NCBI RefSeq assembly: GCF_013149785.1
Contig: NZ_JABEZU010000001.1
Span: 930,001-994,000 of the forward strand
DNA: 64,000 bases
Source: Isoptericola halotolerans
GTDB lineage: Bacteria; Actinomycetota; Actinomycetes; Actinomycetales; Cellulomonadaceae
Reading direction: 5' to 3'
Shown here: one piece after another, positions 57,606-64,000 of the stretch
Position numbering within the stretch: position 1 is the first letter of the stretch
How the letters are laid out: each line of letters starts with the position of its first letter
The notes under the pieces: generated by a model
The model's database searches: none
The model's input: the letters and a program-made list of their open reading frames with translations, nothing else
Told to the model about the DNA's origin: nothing
Position numbers and translations under genes: made by a program

Positions 57606-58669
57606 GCGGCTCGGGACGGCGCACGGGTCGGCCGTCCATGGCGGACGTCGCGGCCGTGGCCGGGGTGTCGCACCAGACCGTCTCACGCGTCCTCAACGGC
57701 CACGCGAGCGTCCGTGGCGAGACGCGCGAGCGGGTGCAGGAGGCGATCGAGCAGCTGGGTTACCGGCGCAACAGCGCGGCCAGGGCCCTGGCGACGTCTC
57801 GCTCGGCGACCTTGGGCGTGGTGACCACGGGATCGGCGCTCTTCGGGCCGACCAGCACGCTCATCGCGGTCGAGGAGGCCGCGCGTGACAGGGGCTACTT
57901 CGTCTCGGTCGCGACGTTGCGGACCTACGACACCTCGTCGATGCACCAGGCGCTCGAGCACTTCATGGCGCAGGGGGTGGACGGGATCGTGGTCATCGCG
58001 CCGCACGACGACGTCGCGGCCGCCGTGGAGTCGTTCCGCGCGCCGGTGCCGGTGGTGGTGGTGGCTGCCCTCGAGGAGCGCCCGGAGTCGGCGCTCGCCC
58101 CGGGTTCCACGCCGTCGGCGACGATGTCGGTCGCGGTCGACCAGCGAGCGGGCGCCCGGGCGGCGACGGAGCACCTGCTCGGGCTGGGGCACGCGGACGT
58201 GCTGCACGTGGCGGGCCCGCAGGACTGGTTCGACGCCCGGGAGCGGGCGGCCGGCTGGCGCGAGGCCCTGGAGGCCCGCGGCGTGGTCCCCGCGCGGCCG
58301 CGCACGTGCTCGTGGTCGGCGAAGGACGGCTACCAGGCCGGCCGCGACCTGGCCGAGGCGGTCGTGGCGGGGGAGGGCCCGACGGCGGTCCTGGCCGGCA
58401 ACGACCAGCTCGCCCTGGGGATCCTGCGGGCGTTGTGGGAGCGCGGCCTCAGGGTGCCGGACGACGTCTCGGTGGTCGGGTTCGACGACGTCGCGGGTGC
58501 GGCGTACTTCGTGCCGCCCCTGACGACGGTCCGGCAGCCGTTCGCCACGCTCGGTGCGCACTGCGTGGCGATGGTGCTGGCCTCGTTGTCGGGGGAGACC
58601 GTGGCGGTGGAGCGGATCGAGCCCGAGCTGGTGGTCCGTTCGTCGACGGGCCCGCCGCGTCGCCCCTGA
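57602..58669 (+). CDS. LacI-family regulator (AraR candidate)
   Basis: MADVAAVAGVSHQTVSRVLN, GFDD, PPLTTVRQ; upstream of araB. Confidence 0.92.
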   Translation: MSGSGRRTGRPSMADVAAVAGVSHQTVSRVLNGHASVRGETRERVQEAIEQLGYRRNSAARALATSRSATLGVVTTGSALFGPTSTLIAVEEAARDRGYFVSVATLRTYDTSSMHQALEHFMAQGVDGIVVIAPHDDVAAAVESFRAPVPVVVVAALEERPESALAPGSTPSATMSVAVDQRAGARAATEHLLGLGHADVLHVAGPQDWFDARERAAGWREALEARGVVPARPRTCSWSAKDGYQAGRDLAEAVVAGEGPTAVLAGNDQLALGILRALWERGLRVPDDVSVVGFDDVAGAAYFVPPLTTVRQPFATLGAHCVAMVLASLSGETVAVERIEPELVVRSSTGPPRRP

Positions 58670-58706
58670 TCGTGGCGCCGGGCCGGGGCAGGTTGAGATC
58701 CGCCGT

Positions 58707-58722
58707 ATGTGAGCGCTAACAT
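58707..58722. promoter_or_regulatory. LacI/AraR-type operator in the araB promoter
   Basis: ATGTGAGCGCTAACAT overlapping -10 TAACAT; TTGAGA -35 at 58693. Confidence 0.8.
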
Positions 58723-58757
58723 GCATTGACCCGTTTTCCTCGAGGAGTGGACCCCTG

Positions 58758-60371
58758 ATGACGCAGCATGACCGGTCGGCCGAGGTGCGCGACGCCATCA
58801 CCTCCGGGCGGGCGACGCTCGGTATCGAGCTCGGCTCCACCAACATCAAGGCCTGCCTCGTCGGGCCGGACCACGCCCCGGTCGCGGCCGGTTCGGCCTC
58901 CTGGGAGAACGAGCTGGTCGATGGTGTGTGGACCTACTCGCTCGACGCCGTGCACGGCGGTCTGCAGGGCGCCTACGCGGCGTTGGTGGCCGACGTCGAG
59001 CAGCGGTACGGCGTGCGCCCCACGACGTACGCCGGGCTCGGGGTGTCCGCCATGATGCACGGCTACCTGCCGTTCGACGCCGACGGCGAGCTCCTCGTGC
59101 CGTTCCGCACCTGGCGCAACACGAGCACCGGCCCCGCCGCTGCCGAGCTGTCGGAGCTGTTCGGGTACAACATCCCGTTGCGCTGGTCGATCGCGCACCT
59201 TTACCAGGCGATCCTCGACGACGAGCCGCACGTGCCGCAGATCGCCTCCTTCACGACCCTCGCCGGCTACGTCCACCGTGCCCTGACGGGACAGCACGTG
59301 CTCGGGGTCGGCGACGCCTCCGGCATGTTCCCGGTCGACCCCGCCACGCGCGACTACGACGAGCGCATGCTCGGGCAGTTCCACCACCTCGTCGCCGCGA
59401 AGCGCCCCGGGCTCCAGGTGGAGGGCCTGCTGCCCCGGGTCCTGCCCGCCGGCGCCGACGCCGGCCACCTGACCGCCGAAGGGGCAGCGCTCCTGGACCC
59501 CACCGGAACCCTCGAGCCCGGCGTGCTGCTCTGTCCGCCCGAGGGGGACGCCGGGACGGGCATGGTCGCCACGAACGCGGTGGCGCCCCGCACCGGGAAC
59601 ATCAGCGCCGGGACGTCGATCTTCGCGATGGTCGTCCTGGAGAAGCCCCTGACCAGCAGGCACCACGAGCTGGACCTCGTGACCACCCCGGCGGGCGACC
59701 TCGTGGCGATGGTGCACTGCAACAACGGAGCCAGCGAGCTCGACGCCTGGGCGGGCGTCTTCGGCGAGTTCGCCACCGCCCTCGGGCACGACGCCGCGGC
59801 CGACGACGTCTTCGGAGCCCTGTTCCGTGCCGCGCTGGACGGCGCCCCCGACGGCGGCGGGCTGCTCGCCTACAACTACCTCGCCGGCGAGCCGATCACC
59901 GGCCTCGACGAGGGCCGACCGCTGATCGTGCGGACGCCGGACAGCCGGTTGACGCTCGCGAACTTCATGCGGACCCAGATCTACGGTGCGTTCGGGACCC
60001 TCGCGCTGGGCATGCGCGTGCTGCACGGCGAGGGTGTCGCCATCGACACGATGTTCGCCCACGGCGGGGTGTTCCGCACCGCCGGCGTCGCCCAGCGACT
60101 GCTGGCCGCCGCCGTCGGCGCACCCGTCGCCGTCGGGCAGACCGCCGGCGAGGGCGGGGCCTGGGGCATCGCCGTGCTCGCCGCCTACGCGCGCGCCTGC
60201 ACCGACGGCGCGGCCGACGGTCTCGACGCCTACCTCGCCGAGCGCGTCTTCGCCGACGCCGCCCTCGACGTCGCCGAGCCGGACGCGGACGACGTCGCGG
60301 GCTTCGCCACCTACCTGGAGCGCTACGCCGCGGGACTCGCCGTCGAGCGTGCCGCGACGCAGGCCCTCTGA
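58758..60371 (+). CDS. araB: FGGY-family sugar kinase (L-ribulokinase)
   Basis: GIELGSTNIKA, SAMMHGY, FRTWRN, PEGDAGTGM, MVHCNNG; upstream of araD-araA. Confidence 0.85.
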   Translation: MTQHDRSAEVRDAITSGRATLGIELGSTNIKACLVGPDHAPVAAGSASWENELVDGVWTYSLDAVHGGLQGAYAALVADVEQRYGVRPTTYAGLGVSAMMHGYLPFDADGELLVPFRTWRNTSTGPAAAELSELFGYNIPLRWSIAHLYQAILDDEPHVPQIASFTTLAGYVHRALTGQHVLGVGDASGMFPVDPATRDYDERMLGQFHHLVAAKRPGLQVEGLLPRVLPAGADAGHLTAEGAALLDPTGTLEPGVLLCPPEGDAGTGMVATNAVAPRTGNISAGTSIFAMVVLEKPLTSRHHELDLVTTPAGDLVAMVHCNNGASELDAWAGVFGEFATALGHDAAADDVFGALFRAALDGAPDGGGLLAYNYLAGEPITGLDEGRPLIVRTPDSRLTLANFMRTQIYGAFGTLALGMRVLHGEGVAIDTMFAHGGVFRTAGVAQRLLAAAVGAPVAVGQTAGEGGAWGIAVLAAYARACTDGAADGLDAYLAERVFADAALDVAEPDADDVAGFATYLERYAAGLAVERAATQAL

Positions 60372-60394
60372 GAACGTCCCGAACGGAGCCGCAC

Positions 60395-61111
60395 ATGACG
60401 AACACACCGATCACCGAGGTCCCGGCGCACCTGCGTGCCGCCGTCGACGCCGCGAAGCAGAAGGTCGCGGACCTGCACGCCGAGCTGCCCCGCTGGGAGC
60501 TCGTCGTATGGACCGCCGGCAACGTCTCCGAGCGGGTGCGCGACGACCGGTCGCCCGACGGGACGGGCGACCTGCTGGTCATCAAGCCCTCCGGCCTCTC
60601 CTACGACGACATCACCGCCGAGGCCATGGTGGTGTGCGACCTGGAGGGCAACCTGGTGGAGGGCGACCGTGCGCCGTCGTCGGACACCGCCGCGCACGCC
60701 TACGTGTACGCGCACATGCCCGAGGTGGGCGGCGTCGTCCACACGCACTCCACCTACGCCACGGCCTGGGCGGCGCGCGGCGAGGAGATCCCCTGCGTGC
60801 TGACGATGATGGCCGACGAGTTCGGCGGCCCGGTGCCGGTGGGCCCGTTCGCGATCATCGGCGACGACTCCATCGGCCGCGGCATCGTCGAGACGCTCCG
60901 CGGCTCGCGCTCGAAGGCCGTGCTGATGCAGAACCACGGCCCGTTCACCATCGGGGGCGACGCCAAGGCCGCGGTCAAGGCCGCCGTGCTGTGCGAGGAG
61001 GTCGCCCGGGCGGTGCACGTCTCGTGCCAGCTCGGTGAGCCGCTGCCGATCGCGCAGGAGCACGTCGACGCGCTCTACGACCGCTACCAGAACGTCTACG
61101 GCCAGCGCTGA
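60395..61111 (+). CDS. araD: L-ribulose-5-phosphate 4-epimerase
   Basis: WTAGNVS, IKPSG, PSSDT, HTHS, NHG; ATG 60395. Confidence 0.93.
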   Translation: MTNTPITEVPAHLRAAVDAAKQKVADLHAELPRWELVVWTAGNVSERVRDDRSPDGTGDLLVIKPSGLSYDDITAEAMVVCDLEGNLVEGDRAPSSDTAAHAYVYAHMPEVGGVVHTHSTYATAWAARGEEIPCVLTMMADEFGGPVPVGPFAIIGDDSIGRGIVETLRGSRSKAVLMQNHGPFTIGGDAKAAVKAAVLCEEVARAVHVSCQLGEPLPIAQEHVDALYDRYQNVYGQR

Positions 61112-61164
61112 GCCGGCCCCGCCGCCCGCCGTCGGGCACGGACACATCTCTCGAGAGGAAGAAC

Positions 61165-62676
61165 ATGAGCAAGCCCTACGGTGACCGCGAGGTCTGGTTC
61201 CTCACCGGAAGCCAGGACCTCTACGGCCCGGAGACGCTGGAGCAGGTCGCGAGCCAGTCGCAGGAGGTCGCCCGCGCGCTCGACGCCGCCGGCGACGTCC
61301 CCGCGAAGGTGGTCTGGAAGCCCGTCCTCAAGGACGCGGGCTCGATCCGCCGCGCGATGCTCGACGCCAACAGCGACGACAACGTTCTCGGTGTCATCAC
61401 GTGGATGCACACCTTCAGCCCGGCGAAGATGTGGATCGCGGGCCTGGACGCGCTGCGCAAGCCGCTGCTGCACCTGCACACGCAGGCCAACGTCGAGCTG
61501 CCGTGGGCGGACATCGACATGGACTTCATGAACCTCAACCAGGCCGCGCACGGCGACCGCGAGTACGGCTACATGCTGTCCCGGCTCGGCGTCGCGCGGA
61601 CCACCGTGGTGGGGCACGTGTCGAACCCGGCCGTGCAGCGCCGGGTGGGCACGTGGATCCGCGGCGCCGCCGGCTGGGCCGCCACCCACGAGCTCACGCT
61701 GGTGCGGTTCGGTGACAACATGCGCAACGTCGCGGTCACCGAGGGCGACAAGACCGAGGCCGAGCTGAAGTTCGGTGTGTCGGTGCGCACCTGGGGCGTC
61801 AACGACCTCGTCGCGGCCGTCGACGCGGTCGCCGAGACCGACGTCGACGCGCTGGTCGCCGAGTACGCCGAGCACTACGACGTCGCCCCGGAGCTGCGGG
61901 ACGGCGGGGAGCGGCACGACTCGCTGCGGTACGCCGCCCGCCAGGAGATCGCCATGGAGGCGTTCCTGACCGAGCGCGGCGCCAAGGCGTTCACCACGAA
62001 CTTCGAGGACCTCGGCGCGCTGCGTCAGCTCCCGGGTCTCGCGGTGCAGCGGCTCATGGCCAAGGGCTACGGCTTCGGCGCCGAGGGCGACTGGAAGACC
62101 GCCGTGCTGGTCCGTGCCGCGAAGGTGATGGGCGAGGGGCTGCCCGGTGGCGCCTCCCTCATGGAGGACTACACCTACGACCTGACCCCGGGCAACGAGC
62201 TCATCCTCGGTGCGCACATGCTCGAGATCTGCCCTTCGTTGACCACGTCGACGCCGCGGATCGAGATCCACCCGCTGGGGATCGGCGGCAAGGAGGACCC
62301 GGTGCGGATGGTCTTCGACGCCGACACCACCTCCGGCGCCGTCGTCGTCTCGCTGGCCGACATGCGCGACCGGTTCCGCCTCACCGCGAACGTGGTCGAC
62401 GTGGTGCCCCCGTCGGCGGAGCTGCCGAACCTGCCGGTGGCCCGGGCCGTGTGGAAGCCTCGCCCGGACTTCGAGACGTCGGCCGAGGCCTGGCTGACGG
62501 CGGGCGGTGCGCACCACACGGTGATGTCGACCGCGGCCGGCGTCGAGGCCTTCGAGGTCTTCGCCCAGATCGCCGGGACCGAGCTGCTCGTCATCGACGA
62601 GTCCACGACCCGGCGTGGCTTCGCCGACCAGGTGCGGTGGAACCAGGTGTACTACCGCGTCGCTCAGGGGCTCTGA
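61165..62676 (+). CDS. araA: L-arabinose isomerase
   Basis: [40 protein letters not shown]. Confidence 0.97.
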   Translation: MSKPYGDREVWFLTGSQDLYGPETLEQVASQSQEVARALDAAGDVPAKVVWKPVLKDAGSIRRAMLDANSDDNVLGVITWMHTFSPAKMWIAGLDALRKPLLHLHTQANVELPWADIDMDFMNLNQAAHGDREYGYMLSRLGVARTTVVGHVSNPAVQRRVGTWIRGAAGWAATHELTLVRFGDNMRNVAVTEGDKTEAELKFGVSVRTWGVNDLVAAVDAVAETDVDALVAEYAEHYDVAPELRDGGERHDSLRYAARQEIAMEAFLTERGAKAFTTNFEDLGALRQLPGLAVQRLMAKGYGFGAEGDWKTAVLVRAAKVMGEGLPGGASLMEDYTYDLTPGNELILGAHMLEICPSLTTSTPRIEIHPLGIGGKEDPVRMVFDADTTSGAVVVSLADMRDRFRLTANVVDVVPPSAELPNLPVARAVWKPRPDFETSAEAWLTAGGAHHTVMSTAAGVEAFEVFAQIAGTELLVIDESTTRRGFADQVRWNQVYYRVAQGL

Positions 62677-62694
62677 CCCCCCTCCCGCCGAACC

Positions 62695-62770
62695 CGCCCC
62701 CGCTGTGGGTGCACGACACGCCGTCGGACCATCGGGTCCGACGGCGTGTCGTGCACCCACAGCGGGGGCG
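62695..62770. repeat. perfect 36-bp hairpin with 4-nt loop
   Basis: CGCCCCCGCTGTGGGTGCACGACACGCCGTCGGACC-atcg-reverse complement. Confidence 0.9.
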
Positions 62771-62863
62771 TTCAGCGGGGGCCGTTCGCCGTCGGCGGTA
62801 GTCTGTGGACGCCGCACCGCCGCACAGCCGCGCGGTCGCCGGCAGAACCCGAGGGAGGCCCGC

Positions 62864-63883
62864 ATGGCGAGTCCCGGTGCCGACAAGCCGAACATCCGGC
62901 AGGTCGCACAGCTCGCCGGCGTGTCGCACATGACGGTGTCCCGGGTGCTCAACGACCACCCGAACATCCGCGACACCACCCGTCGTCGCGTGCAGGAGGC
63001 CATCTCCGAGCTCGGGTACCGGCCGAGCATGACGGCCCGGGCCCTCGCCACCCAACGCAGCCGACGCATCGGCGTCCTCGTGGAGAGCGCGGTGACCTAC
63101 GGGCCGACCAGCACCCTGTACGCCGTCGAGTCCGCCGCCCGGGCGTCGGGCTACGAGGTCAGCTCGATCCTCCTGCGGGCCGGTGAGGAGATCACCCCGC
63201 AGGAGGCCGTCGACCACCTGCTCGCCCTCGGCATCGACGCGCTGTGCGTCGTCGCGCCCCGGTCGTCGTCGATCGCCGCACTGCGCCGGATCGCCGTCGG
63301 CGTGCCCGTGCTCGTCGTCAAGCCCGAGAAGGACCCCACCTTCCTCACGGTGACCGTCGACCAGCAGGCGGGAACGGCCCTCGCCGTCGACCACCTGGTC
63401 TCGCTCGGGCACCGCGACATCCTGCACCTGGCCGGCCCGCTCGACTGGCTCGACGCCCGGACGCGGGAGAGGGCGTTCCACGCCCGGGCGAAGTCCTGGG
63501 GGATCCGCGAGCGGCCCATCGTCGTGGGCGACTGGACGGCCGACTTCGCGTACGACTTCGCGCGCGGCATCCGGGAGCTCCCCGCCTACACGGCGGTGTT
63601 CGTCGCGAACGACGACATGGCGATCGGGCTCGTCCACGGGCTGCACGAACGCGGGTTCTCCGTGCCGGACGACCTGAGCGTCGTCGGGTTCGACGACATC
63701 CCCCTCGCGCGGCACGTGATCCCGCCGCTGACCACGGTGCGGCAGAACTTCGAGGCGCTCGGGGTCTCCGTCGTCGACGTCCTGAGAGCGGCGATCGAGG
63801 ACCGCGAGATCCCGGCAGCCACCCGCATCCCTGCCGAGATCGTCGCGCGCGCGTCGAGCGCACCGCCCAGGAAGGTCGACTGA
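62864..63883 (+). CDS. LacI-family regulator
   Basis: IRQVAQLAGVSHMTVSRVLN, GFDDI, PPLTTVRQ; ATG 62864 after GGAGG. Confidence 0.92.
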   Translation: MASPGADKPNIRQVAQLAGVSHMTVSRVLNDHPNIRDTTRRRVQEAISELGYRPSMTARALATQRSRRIGVLVESAVTYGPTSTLYAVESAARASGYEVSSILLRAGEEITPQEAVDHLLALGIDALCVVAPRSSSIAALRRIAVGVPVLVVKPEKDPTFLTVTVDQQAGTALAVDHLVSLGHRDILHLAGPLDWLDARTRERAFHARAKSWGIRERPIVVGDWTADFAYDFARGIRELPAYTAVFVANDDMAIGLVHGLHERGFSVPDDLSVVGFDDIPLARHVIPPLTTVRQNFEALGVSVVDVLRAAIEDREIPAATRIPAEIVARASSAPPRKVD

Positions 63884-64000
63884 TGGCCGCGCGGGACGTG
63901 CCGGTGGAGGTGACCGCACCCGTCGTCGAGATGCGCGGGATCACCGTGGAGTACTCGGGCGTGCGGGTCCTCGACGGGGCGGACCTCACGCTGCGCCCCG
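63883..64000 (+). CDS. sugar ABC ATP-binding protein (5' fragment)
   Basis: MAARDVPVEVTAPVVEMRGITVEYSGVRVLDGADLTLRP; runs off the window end. Confidence 0.7.
   Translation, partial: MAARDVPVEVTAPVVEMRGITVEYSGVRVLDGADLTLRP

Overview
High-GC (roughly 73-75% by eye) actinobacterial chromosome, most likely Micrococcales (inferred from gene order and protein style). Mostly core metabolism: thiamine cluster (thiG-thiS-thiO behind a TPP riboswitch, divergent thiE), lipoprotein plus OmpA-domain pair, guaA, a PspC/two-component envelope-stress locus, a sulfur/siroheme operon (sir-cysH-cysG-sirB), pcrA, sucCD-perM-purN, a four-gene ArsR/MFS/SDR/TetR block, purH behind a ZMP/ZTP riboswitch, aquaporin, mdh, a single-chain ABC exporter, Lrp/LysE, a ~1940-aa amylopullulanase, a ChvE/MmsAB-type sugar ABC locus with a duplicated binding protein, purU and araBDA between two LacI genes. 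No tRNA, rRNA, CRISPR, transposase or integrase was seen. The best candidates for poorly described systems are a 34-aa leaderless Cys-rich uORF upstream of sir, and a two-gene split ClpC2-like module (small HTH plus stand-alone Clp repeat domain) with tandem GTCAAC-N4-GTTGAC operators. Also notable: four abutting 14-bp palindromes in the ArsR/MFS promoter, an SDR with an unexplained N-terminal module, and two long perfect inverted repeats. All family calls come from motif recognition; no searches were run.
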